64,000 bases of DNA, from NCBI GenBank assembly GCA_964621995.1, contig CAZUPH010000001.1, forward strand, positions 2,482 to 66,481, in the 5' to 3' direction. The stretch is from an uncultured Rubrivivax sp. (lineage in GTDB: Bacteria; Pseudomonadota; Gammaproteobacteria; Burkholderiales; Burkholderiaceae_C). The notes below the pieces were generated by a model that was given only the letters and a program-made list of their open reading frames with translations, made no database searches and was not told the origin of the DNA. The position numbers and the translations under genes are program-made. How positions within the stretch are numbered: position 1 is the stretch's first letter; every line of letters starts with the position of its first letter. This document shows positions 46,544 through 54,986 of the stretch, piece after piece.

Positions 46544-47694
46544 GGGGCGTTCCCGGCGCGGGCCGCCTGCACCTTGACCTCCTGCCCCGGCTTCACCCGG
46601 GTGTGGCCCTCCACGATCAGGGCCTCGCCGCCCTGCAGGCCTTCCAGCACCTCCACGCGCTCGCTGCTGCCCAGGGGGCTGACCTTCAGGTTCACGCGCT
46701 GCGCCTTCTGCCCGACGCCCAGGGTCAGCACGTAGCTGCCTTCCTGGTCGTTCAGCAGCCAGCTCTTCTTCAGCACCAGGGCCTGGCGGTCGCGGCCAAG
46801 GTCGATCACCAGGCGGGCGTAGAAGCCTGGCAGCAGGCGGCGCTCGCGGTTGTCGAAGCGCGCCCGCACCGGCACGCTGCCCGTGCTGGCATTGACCACA
46901 TGGTCGATGAAGTCCACGACGCCGGTGTCGGCAGCCTCAGCCTGCCCTTGCAAGGTGGCCGTGGCCCTGAAACCCAGGATCCTCTTCGGCTGGCCGGCCT
47001 TGTAGGCGGCGTAGGTGCTGCGCAGACGCAGGGCCTCTCGCTCGTTGACGGTCGCGGTCACGTAGGCGGGCGACAGCTGCATCAGCGTGCCCAGCACGGA
47101 CGGCCCGGTGGCCCCGACCAGGTTGCCGACGTCCACGGCGCGGCGCCCCATCACGCCGTCGAAGGGGGCCCGCACCTCGGTGTATTCCAAGTTGAGTTGG
47201 GCCAGGCGCAGGTTGGCCTGGGCCTGCTGCAGGTTGGACTGCGCGGTGTCCACGCTGGCCTGCGAGGTGGCGTTGTCCTGCACCAGCCTGCGCTGGCGCT
47301 CGAACTCCGATTCCGCCTGCAGCAGTCGCGCCTGGTTCAGGTTCACCTGCTCCTCGTAGCTGGTGCGCTCGATGCTGAACAGCAGCTGGCCCTTGCGCAC
47401 GGGCATGCCGTCCTGGAAGTGGATGGCCTGCAGCACGCCAGGCACGCGGGCGGTGAGCTGCGCCTGCTGTGAAGGCTGCACGGTGCCGTCCAGCGCCAGG
47501 GTGTCGCGCACGGTTTCGGGTTGCAGCGTCAAGGTCTGCACCGCCACCGGGCCGCTGGGCGGGACCGGTGCGCCCCTGGGCTTGCAGCCGGTGGCCATCA
47601 GCACGGCAGCGCCACAAAGCGCCAGTGCCAGGGTGGCGGATCGCGCCAGGCGTGGCGGCGCGAGTGGCTTGACGACTTGCATGGTGGGGGACAT
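46540..47694 (-). CDS. RND efflux periplasmic adaptor (MFP) lipoprotein
   Basis: Lipobox ATGC; ARVPGVL...F.DG..V.KGQLLF.I; NLEYTEVRAPFDG; LLPGFYAR. Start at 47694 or 47682. Confidence 0.93.
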   Translation of the reverse strand: MSPTMQVVKPLAPPRLARSATLALALCGAAVLMATGCKPRGAPVPPSGPVAVQTLTLQPETVRDTLALDGTVQPSQQAQLTARVPGVLQAIHFQDGMPVRKGQLLFSIERTSYEEQVNLNQARLLQAESEFERQRRLVQDNATSQASVDTAQSNLQQAQANLRLAQLNLEYTEVRAPFDGVMGRRAVDVGNLVGATGPSVLGTLMQLSPAYVTATVNEREALRLRSTYAAYKAGQPKRILGFRATATLQGQAEAADTGVVDFIDHVVNASTGSVPVRARFDNRERRLLPGFYARLVIDLGRDRQALVLKKSWLLNDQEGSYVLTLGVGQKAQRVNLKVSPLGSSERVEVLEGLQGGEALIVEGHTRVKPGQEVKVQAARAGNAP

Positions 47695-47747
47695 CGCGGA
47701 AGAGTGGTCGGGGGTGGCGCTGGTGCGGGCTCGATGGGCGGTGCGCC

Positions 47748-49214
47748 TCAACCCGCATCGGGCCAGGCGCCGCCCATGGAGCGGTACGCGGCAATCACCG
47801 CCTGCAGCACGGCGGCGCGCGCCTGGGCGGCGGCATCGGCCGTCTGCAGGCGGCTTTGCTCCGCGCTGCTCACGCTCAGGTAGTCCACCTGTCCTGCGCG
47901 GTAGCGGCTCAAGGCCAGGTCGGCGGCGCGGCTCGCGGCAACTTCGGCCTCCTGCGTGAGGCGCGCCTGCTCGCGGCTGTGGTGCACCTGGGTGAAGGCG
48001 TCCTCCACCTCCTGCTGCGCCTTGAGCACCTGGTTCTGGTAGGCCGCCAGCGCTTGCCGAAACCCCTGGTCCTGCACCTGAACCTGGGCCTTCAGGCGGC
48101 CTCGATCGAACAGTGGCAACGTGAAGTTCAACCCGGCGTTCACCAGCCGGCTGTCCCAGCTGAAGAGCTCCTTGGCCGAGCCGCTGCCCGAGACCCCCAG
48201 CGCACCGCTGAGCGAGAAGCTGGGATACAGCGCCGCTTCGGCCTGCCCGATGCGCGCCGACTGCGACGCCGCGGCCCACAGGGCCTGACTGACATCGGGC
48301 CGGCGGCGAAGCCAGTCGGCAGGTGCCGACAGCGGCCAGCGCGCGGGCTGCGCGGGCAGGGCCCTGGGGGCATCGCTGGCTTGCAGCCGCGCCACCATCG
48401 CGGCCGGGCTCTGGCCCAGCAGCACCGCCAGCGCGTGGCTGTTCTGCGCCATCGCGATCTGCAGGCTGGGCACCTGCGCGGCGGTCTGCGCCAGCTGGGT
48501 CTGGGCCTGGCGCCAGTCGAGTTCACTGCTGGCCCCGGCCTGGAAGCGCGCGCGCGCGATGCGCGCGTTCTCCTCTTGCTGCACCAGGTTGGACTGCGCC
48601 ACCGAAAGCCGCGTCTGCGCCAGGCGCCATTGCACATACACGCTCGCGACCGACGCGCGCACCGACAGCCGCGCCCAGGCCAGGCGCTCTTCGGCGGCTT
48701 GCAGCGAGGCGGCATCGGCCTCCACCGCCCGCCGCTGCCGGCCCCAGAAGTCCAGCTCCCAGCTGCTTTGCGCGAGCACCTGGTTCGTGGTGCTGCCCGT
48801 CGTCTGGCCACGCAGCTTGCTGGCCAGATCCGGCTCCGTGTAGGTGCTGTCGGCGCCCAGCGCCACGGCCGGCAGCGAGCCGCCCCGCGTGGCGCGCAGC
48901 ACGCCCTGCGCGGCGGCCAGTTGCGCGCCGGCGCTGGCAAGGTCGAGGTTGTTGGCATCGGCCTCGGCCAACAGGCTTTGCAGCAAGGGGTCCTGGAACT
49001 GCGCCCAAAAGGCCGCCTCGCTGATCGGCGCCGGGGTCTGCGCATCGGCGGCGGACCACATGACGGGCAAGGGCGTCTCTGGGGCGCGGAAGTCGGGCCC
49101 GACGGGGGTGAGCAGCTGGCAACCGCTGAGCAGGCCGGCGCACATGACGCCCAGAGGACGCTGCCAGCAGGGCCTGGCCAACGAAATTGCCCCGCCTTTA
49201 CGCCAGCGCGACAT
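47748..49214 (-). CDS. NodT/OprM-family outer-membrane efflux lipoprotein
   Basis: Lipobox LSGC; VGPDF..P; FW..FQDPLL..L; SWELDFWG; LRRRPDV; ALYPSFSLSG; YRSMGG.W. Confidence 0.95.
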   Translation of the reverse strand: MSRWRKGGAISLARPCWQRPLGVMCAGLLSGCQLLTPVGPDFRAPETPLPVMWSAADAQTPAPISEAAFWAQFQDPLLQSLLAEADANNLDLASAGAQLAAAQGVLRATRGGSLPAVALGADSTYTEPDLASKLRGQTTGSTTNQVLAQSSWELDFWGRQRRAVEADAASLQAAEERLAWARLSVRASVASVYVQWRLAQTRLSVAQSNLVQQEENARIARARFQAGASSELDWRQAQTQLAQTAAQVPSLQIAMAQNSHALAVLLGQSPAAMVARLQASDAPRALPAQPARWPLSAPADWLRRRPDVSQALWAAASQSARIGQAEAALYPSFSLSGALGVSGSGSAKELFSWDSRLVNAGLNFTLPLFDRGRLKAQVQVQDQGFRQALAAYQNQVLKAQQEVEDAFTQVHHSREQARLTQEAEVAASRAADLALSRYRAGQVDYLSVSSAEQSRLQTADAAAQARAAVLQAVIAAYRSMGGAWPDAG

Positions 49215-49422
49215 GGTGTACCGCCGGTGACGTAACGCAGGGCTTCGGATTCGGCTTCGCGCAGCGCGGTGTGTGCATGGCACCCGATGGCAAGACGTCG
49301 AGGACCTGCGCACCTGGTGTCGCCGGTTCAGCTTCGCCTGGAGAAGCTTCGCCGAAGGTAGCCAGCACCGTGGCAACCGCGCAAGTGACTACGATGCGTG
49401 GCAGCGAGCGTTGTCTGTGCAT
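49198..49422 (-). CDS. Possible small exported peptide or gene remnant heading the RND operon
   Basis: 74-aa ORF MHRQRSLPRIVVTCAVATVLATFG... with a signal-like N-terminus; starts about 80 bp downstream of the 44-bp element, the same spacing as at the other copy. Confidence 0.3.
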   Translation of the reverse strand: MHRQRSLPRIVVTCAVATVLATFGEASPGEAEPATPGAQVLDVLPSGAMHTPRCAKPNPKPCVTSPAVHHVALA

Positions 49423-49501
49423 GGGGAATCCCGTGACGCCGAGCGGCGGAAGCAAGAAGGCACCCTTGGGGTGACCCGCCATTGCAAACCGCCAGTACCC
49501 A

Positions 49502-49545
49502 CCGCGCGCTGACGATGCAAGACGAATTGCGACAGCGCTGTCGCA
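49502..49545. promoter_or_regulatory. 44-bp operator/promoter element, copy 2
   Basis: CCGCGCGCTGACGATGCAAGACGAATTGCGACAGCGCTGTCGCA, between the RND operon and the divergent response regulator. Confidence 0.75.
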
Positions 49546-49585
49546 TTTGCCCGCGGGACCAGTTGCATCCCTACACTCCAAGGCC

Positions 49586-50320
49586 ATGTCGCTGATGCAG
49601 CCGCTGATCCTGATCGTGGACGACGACGCCGAGCTGTCCACCATGCTCGTGGAACTGCTGGCACGCGAGGGCTGGGCCACGCACACCGTACTGACCGCCG
49701 GCGACGGCGAGCGGGCGCTGTCTTCGCACCAACCGGACGTCGTCCTGCTCGACGCGATGCTGCCCGATGGCAATGGCTTCGACCTCGCGCGACGCTGGCG
49801 CGCCGCACACCCTGCCCTCGGCCTGGTGATGCTCACCGCGCGCGGCGACCCGCTGGATCGTGTGCTCGGCCTGGAGATCGGCGCCGACGACTACCTGCCC
49901 AAACCCTTCGAGCCGCGCGAGTTGGTGGCGCGCTTGCGTGCGCTGCTGCGGCGAACGTCACCTGGCCGCGGAGACACCGCGTTGATGCGCTTCGCCGGGC
50001 TGTCGATCGACCTCGCCAAGCGCGAGGTCACCGCCGGCGATCGCGTGGTGGCCCTGACGAGCGTGGAGTTCAAGCTGCTGGTCGCGCTGGCGCGGCAGCC
50101 CGGCATCGCGGTCACCCGCCACGCGCTGTCCCAGGCCGTGCAGGCAGGCGGCTACCAGCCGCAGGAGCGCACCGTGGATGTGCAGATCGCGCGCCTGCGG
50201 CGCAAGCTCAACGACGCGAGCCCCGGCGCCGAGTGGGTCGACACCGTGCGCGGTGAAGGCTATGTATTCGTGCCACGCGGCGGCGCCACGGGCGATGTCA
50301 CCGGCGCGGCGCAGCCATGA
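49586..50320 (+). CDS. OmpR-family response regulator
   Basis: ILIVDDD, LLDAMLP, MLTARGD..DRVLGLEIGADDYLPKPF.PRELVAR, RTVDVQIARLRRKL, TVRGEGY. Confidence 0.96.
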   Translation: MSLMQPLILIVDDDAELSTMLVELLAREGWATHTVLTAGDGERALSSHQPDVVLLDAMLPDGNGFDLARRWRAAHPALGLVMLTARGDPLDRVLGLEIGADDYLPKPFEPRELVARLRALLRRTSPGRGDTALMRFAGLSIDLAKREVTAGDRVVALTSVEFKLLVALARQPGIAVTRHALSQAVQAGGYQPQERTVDVQIARLRRKLNDASPGAEWVDTVRGEGYVFVPRGGATGDVTGAAQP

Positions 50321-51609
50321 GGCGCGCAGGCAGCCTGTTCGTGCGCTTGCTGCTGGCGCAGGTCGCGTTGACGGTGTTGCTCACCGCGACCCTGGTGCTG
50401 CTGTTCGATCTCGAGCGCAACCGCACCGTGGCGCAACTCGTCGCTGCACGGTGGAAGCCGGCCCTGCAGCAGGTGATCCGCGGCGCACCGCTTGAGGTCG
50501 TCGGCGCCAGCGCGCCGGGCACGATCTACACCTCGCCGAGGCGACCTGGCCGAGCGTTCGAACTCGCGTCGCTCACGCCGCGGGTGGCGATGGTGCGCGA
50601 GGCCTTTGCCGACGAAGGCGTGCCGGTGCAGGACGTGGTGCTCGCGCCCGAGTCCGTGAGCGGCCGGTCCATCCCGGTGCTGTGGCTGGCGCTGCCCGGC
50701 CACGACGGTGCCACACGCTGGGCCGGCTTCGAGAGCGAAGCTGTCGATCCCCACATCCGCGAGCGGCTCGTACTCGCCCTGCTGCTGCTCTCGGGCATCG
50801 CGGTCGCGGCCAGCGCCTTCGTCGCCCGTTGGCTCGCACGTCCCCTGGAGGCGCTGCGTGCCCGTATTGCCGCTGACGACGCGTCCGGCGGCCCGCTGCC
50901 TCACGCCAGCGCTGAAGTCCAGGCGATCGACGAGGCCTGGCGGGCGCTGCGCCAGTCGCTCGAGCAACAGGAGCGCGAGCGCGCGTTGCTGCTCGCAGGC
51001 GTGTCGCACGACCTTCGCAGCCCGCTTGGCCGCATCCGCATGGCTGCCGAACTGTTGCCCGAGGGGGAAGGCATCGCGCCGAGGCGCGCGGCCATCGTGC
51101 GCAATGCGCTGCTGGCGGATCGGCTCGTGGGCAGTTTCCTCGACCATGTTCGCAGCGGCGAACTGCCCTTGAACGAGACGGTGGACGTGGCCGCGGTGGC
51201 ACGCAGCGTGGCGGCCCATCAGCAGCGCGCCGCGAGCGAGCTGACGGTCGAAGCACCCGCTTCGCTTCTGGTGCCCGATGTCAACGCGGTGCTGATCGAA
51301 CGCGTGATCGGCAACCTGCTCGACAACGCCTTCACCCACGGCCAACCACCCGTGCGATTGACCGTGGCCGTCGTGGATCATCGTGTAGGTATCGCGGTCG
51401 AGGACTGTGGCCCGGGCATCGCGCCCGAGGACCAGCCAGCGATGCTGCAAGCCTTCGCGCGTGGTGACACCAGCCGCGGGCATCCGGGCCTGGGCCTGGG
51501 GTTGGCGATCGTGCAGCGCGTGGCGTCGCGACTGGGGGGCGGCGTCGATTTCAGCCGCTCGGCAGAGGCTGCACGGGCCATCGTGCGGGTTGAGTGGCCG
51601 ATGAGCTGA
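50317..51609 (+). CDS. Sensor histidine kinase (EnvZ-like)
   Basis: Two transmembrane segments; H-box AGVSHDLRSPL.R; NLLDNAF; VEDCGPGI; GLGLGLAIV; ATGA overlap with the regulator. Confidence 0.95.
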   Translation: MRRAGSLFVRLLLAQVALTVLLTATLVLLFDLERNRTVAQLVAARWKPALQQVIRGAPLEVVGASAPGTIYTSPRRPGRAFELASLTPRVAMVREAFADEGVPVQDVVLAPESVSGRSIPVLWLALPGHDGATRWAGFESEAVDPHIRERLVLALLLLSGIAVAASAFVARWLARPLEALRARIAADDASGGPLPHASAEVQAIDEAWRALRQSLEQQERERALLLAGVSHDLRSPLGRIRMAAELLPEGEGIAPRRAAIVRNALLADRLVGSFLDHVRSGELPLNETVDVAAVARSVAAHQQRAASELTVEAPASLLVPDVNAVLIERVIGNLLDNAFTHGQPPVRLTVAVVDHRVGIAVEDCGPGIAPEDQPAMLQAFARGDTSRGHPGLGLGLAIVQRVASRLGGGVDFSRSAEAARAIVRVEWPMS

Positions 51610-51983
51610 AGTGCCGAGTGCTGCTGGTGGGCGCATGAGGCCTTGATCGCAGATCTGCTGATCGAATTCTTCGATTGAGGAAGCTGTCGATTGAACCTGT
51701 TGAAGTGCGACCGCTCTGAGTCGCTGTTGGTCTTGATGCAGGCACGGACCGACCGCTTCGGAGCATCGAAATCTGGGCCGCAGATGGCGGTTCTGGGTCG
51801 CGGGCTATCGGCCGCTGAAGCAGTTCCGGAAGGCCGCTTCGACCCTGGAGCAGCCCGCCAAGCGGAGGCTGCGAACGGCAGGCATCCGCGGGCCGAACCC
51901 GCACGCCGTGTTGGCAGGCTACAGTTCAGCTGCTGCAAGCATCACCTTCAGGAGGCCTCGATAAGCCGCTGAACGAGCGCGGT

Positions 51984-52085
51984 GTGGGGCATTTGGTGGG
52001 GTGTTTGGGCCGGCAAAGATCAAATATGCCTGCACGACAACAGCTTAGCTTCGCACTCGAAGTTCAGGTGCAGAACATCGAGTGA
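51984..52085 (+). mobile_element. Putative genomic-island attachment site: duplicated yicC 3' end plus arm-type repeats
   Basis: 52065-52085 CAGGTGCAGAACATCGAGTGA encodes QVQNIE*, the conserved YicC C-terminus, with no yicC gene upstream; tandem 12-mers GTGGGGCATTTG/GTGGGGTGTTTG at 51984-52007; AT-richer spacer between them. Confidence 0.68.
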
Positions 52086-52380
52086 GGTTTCAGGGGGTCT
52101 CTTGACACCCCCAAGCGGCCGGAAAGTCCAGCGTCTGCGCGGGCTTGGCGTTTCAGGAGGTCGAACCGCGGCCGACCCCATCCCGGAGATTCTGTGTACC
52201 CGAACGGTCCGGGGCCCGTTGCGGGTATACACGCGGGGTGGACGATGGCACTGCTTGAGCCCACGCGCACACGCGAGCGCGACGGCGTGGTGCTGCACTT
52301 CCTTCATCGGTCTTTCAACGAACCGCGCGGCCTTGGGCCGCGCCGCACGGGCTGCGCAGCCGGGCCGAGGGCGCCGCCGG

Positions 52381-52985
52381 TCAGCGGGTTGCCGCGAGTC
52401 GCCCCTGCCTGCTCGATCGCCGGCCGCACCTTCGCCGGCGTGGCGGGGCGGCAGCTTCGTGGGGTCGCGCTGGTCGGTGGGTTCGAGGCCGAGGTTGTGC
52501 GCGACCATCGCGCCATCGCTCGTCGAGGCGCCGCACCTGCGCCGTCTGCACCGTCCAGAAGCTGCGCCGCGACGAGGCGCCGTCGCCGGCGCGGCGGGCG
52601 TCCACGGCTGGGCCTTCGATCGCGGGCCCCCTCGGCACCCAGCGGCGCGCATCGGCGGCATGCACCACGCCGCCGCCGTCGAATCCATGGAAGCGCGCTT
52701 CGCTGGGCAGCCGCCCCGCCAGTTCGGGGTTGGCGGCCTCGATCGCAGCGGCGTCGACACGCAGGCTCCCATCGCGCACGGCCAAGGCGCGCGGCGGTTC
52801 GGCGATCTGCAGCCACACGCGGTCCCCTTCCTGCCCGAGCAGGGATCCCGCGGTCGCCGAGCCGATGACGCGCGGGGAGCGCACCGCCGTGGCCGTCTTC
52901 GGATCGTCGAAGGTCACCAGGCGTGCGCGCCACAGCGGTGTGGCCGTCGTTTGCTCGTAGGCGCGCAAGTCGACGTGGCCTTCAG
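52381..52985 (-). pseudogene. Degenerate fragment of an exported protein (resembles PA2928-like family)
   Basis: Protein-like stretch HVDLRAYE..TATPLWRARL...LLGQEGDRVWL...AIEAANPELAGRLP.E..F.GFD....AADARRW with no credible start or signal peptide and a scrambled C-terminus. Family name is from recall only. Confidence 0.4.
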
Positions 52986-53165
52986 CAGCGCATCCAGCGC
53001 GATGCGCTCGGCCCGCAGGTCGAAATCGGTGCCGTTCGCCAAGGGCCGCATTGTCACGCGAGCATGTCGACGCGCCTGCGGCACCACCGCTGGCCGCGCC
53101 GCCGCCATGACGGCTGCGCCGCTCGGCGGCGCCGGGCACCGGCCGCCCTCGCGCAGAATGGCCGC

Positions 53166-54005
53166 ATGAAGATTCCCGGACGCCTGCGGTCGCTGGTCGA
53201 CGAGGGCCTGATCGACCGCGTGCTGCAGCAGCTCAAGAGCGGCAAGGAAGCCGAGGTCTATGTCGTGGCCTGCGGCGATCACGTGCGCGCGGCCAAGATC
53301 TACAAGGACGCGAGCCAGCGCAGCTTTCGCCAGGCGGTGGACTACACCGAGAACCGCAAGGTCAAGAACTCGCGCCAGGCCCGGGCCATGGCCAAGGGCA
53401 CGCGCTTCGGCAAGGAGCAGCGCGAAGCGGCCTGGCAGAGCGCCGAGGTCGATGCGCTGCACCGGCTGGCCGCTGCGGGCGTGCGCGTGCCCCGGCCCTT
53501 CAACTTCCTCGACGGTGTGCTGATCATGGAGCTCGTGACCGACGCGCAGGGCCAGGCCGCGCCGCGCCTCAACGAGCTGACATTCACCGCCGAGGAGGCC
53601 CGCGACCACCACGCCCTGCTGCTTCGGCAGGTCGTGCGCATGCTCTGCGCCGGGGTCGTGCATGGCGACCTCTCCGAATTCAACGTGCTGCTGGCCGACG
53701 ATGGCCCGGTCGTCATCGACCTGCCCCAGGCCGTGGACGCGGCGGGCAACCACCACGCCGCGCGCATGCTGATGCGCGACGTCGTCAACCTGCGCGCGTT
53801 CTTCGGCAGCTTCGCGCCCGAACTGCTGAGTACGCAGTACGGCGCGGAGATCTGGCATCTGTATGCCGCCGGACGGCTGGCGCCGGAGACCACGCTGAGC
53901 GGCGTCTACGCCGTCGAGCCGGGCGCCGTCGACCTGGCCGGCGTCATGCGAGAGATCGACGACGCGCGGGCCGAGGAGCAGGCGCGCCGCGAGCGCATGG
54001 CCTAG
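53166..54005 (+). CDS. RIO1-like Ser/Thr protein kinase (PA4780 type)
   Basis: LKSGKEAEVYVV, AKIYK, WQSAEVDAL..L...GVRVPRP, VHGDLSEFNVL, IIDLPQ-like VIDLPQAVD. Confidence 0.93.
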   Translation: MKIPGRLRSLVDEGLIDRVLQQLKSGKEAEVYVVACGDHVRAAKIYKDASQRSFRQAVDYTENRKVKNSRQARAMAKGTRFGKEQREAAWQSAEVDALHRLAAAGVRVPRPFNFLDGVLIMELVTDAQGQAAPRLNELTFTAEEARDHHALLLRQVVRMLCAGVVHGDLSEFNVLLADDGPVVIDLPQAVDAAGNHHAARMLMRDVVNLRAFFGSFAPELLSTQYGAEIWHLYAAGRLAPETTLSGVYAVEPGAVDLAGVMREIDDARAEEQARRERMA

Positions 54006-54033
54006 GAGCCTGCGTGGGCCAGGCCCGGCGCCT

Positions 54034-54849
54034 TCAGCGGCGGGGCCAGCCCAGGGCCGCTGCGCGCGCCAGGCGCCACAGCGCCCAGCCCAGCAGCAGC
54101 GGCAGCACCAGCGTCTGCAAGGTGAAGACGACGATCAGCCGCACCACGTGTTCGACGGCGCGGTTGGCGACCTCCTTCAGCGCGTCGAAGCGTTCGCCGA
54201 CGTTGCTGCCCTGGGCCCACCAGCGGCGCACGCGGTCCGTGATGGACTCTTCCGCGCCGGGTGTGGCCACCGGCGCATTCATCACCTCGATCTGCGCAGA
54301 CGACTGCTCGAGCGTCTGCTGTCCGGCCTCGTACTCGCTCTTCAGGAACAGATGGAATGCCGCCTCGCTGCCCAGCGCCACCAGAGGCACCATGAAGCGG
54401 ACGATCAGCAGCACCACGAGCGCCTGCACCAGCCAGCGCGGCGGCGCGGCGCCGCGCCAGCGCCAGACGGCCCAGGAGATGCACACGGCGCTCAGCAGCA
54501 GCGAAACCGGCCACCAGGCCCCGATGCCGATGAGCACGCGCTGGGCGCCGAAGGCTGCGCTGGCCAGCAGCATCAGCGTCGAGAACTGTTCGATCAGCTG
54601 GTTGATCGGGTCCAGGACCTGCCCCGGGGCCAGCGTCACGCCAACGCCGGCGGGCTGCACGGCGAGTTCGGTGCCCTGCGCCACCGAGATGACCGCATTC
54701 AGCACCCGTGCAGCCGCGAACGTGGCCAGCGCGCGCTTCCATCCGGCGTCGACCTGGGCCAGCGCCGCATCGTCCAGGCGCAGCACCCAGGTCGCCAGCA
54801 GGATGGCCACGACGGCGGCGGCGGTCAGGGGGCGGTGCCATCGGCGCAT
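54034..54849 (-). CDS. Conserved hypothetical membrane protein
   Basis: RALATFAAARVLNAVISVAQGTE...GQVLDPINQLIEQFS; several transmembrane segments; LQTLVLPLL. Start at ATG 54849. Confidence 0.8.
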   Translation of the reverse strand: MRRWHRPLTAAAVVAILLATWVLRLDDAALAQVDAGWKRALATFAAARVLNAVISVAQGTELAVQPAGVGVTLAPGQVLDPINQLIEQFSTLMLLASAAFGAQRVLIGIGAWWPVSLLLSAVCISWAVWRWRGAAPPRWLVQALVVLLIVRFMVPLVALGSEAAFHLFLKSEYEAGQQTLEQSSAQIEVMNAPVATPGAEESITDRVRRWWAQGSNVGERFDALKEVANRAVEHVVRLIVVFTLQTLVLPLLLGWALWRLARAAALGWPRR

Positions 54850-54986
54850 CGGGCGAGCATAAGCGCCCGCCCTTGCTGTGGGCGCGGAGTCCGGCGGCCT
54901 GGTCGGGACTCTGCGCAGCGCCGCCACGGTCGCGGCCCCGGCCCCGCGGGTGGCCGCCGGCCACCGCTGCCGGTCGACAATGGCAG

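Noticed and set aside
51690-51960. attC-like or other recombination-site repeats (GGGTCG...CGACCC), with similar-looking debris near 38800-38900
   Set aside because: Only short imperfect inverted matches; no convincing attC R/L box structure and no integron integrase.
52249-52330. Possible integrase N-terminus (MALLEPTRTRERDGVVLHF) right after the att site
   Set aside because: Position is suggestive, but similarity to P4-type integrase starts is too weak and no catalytic R-H-R-Y region follows.
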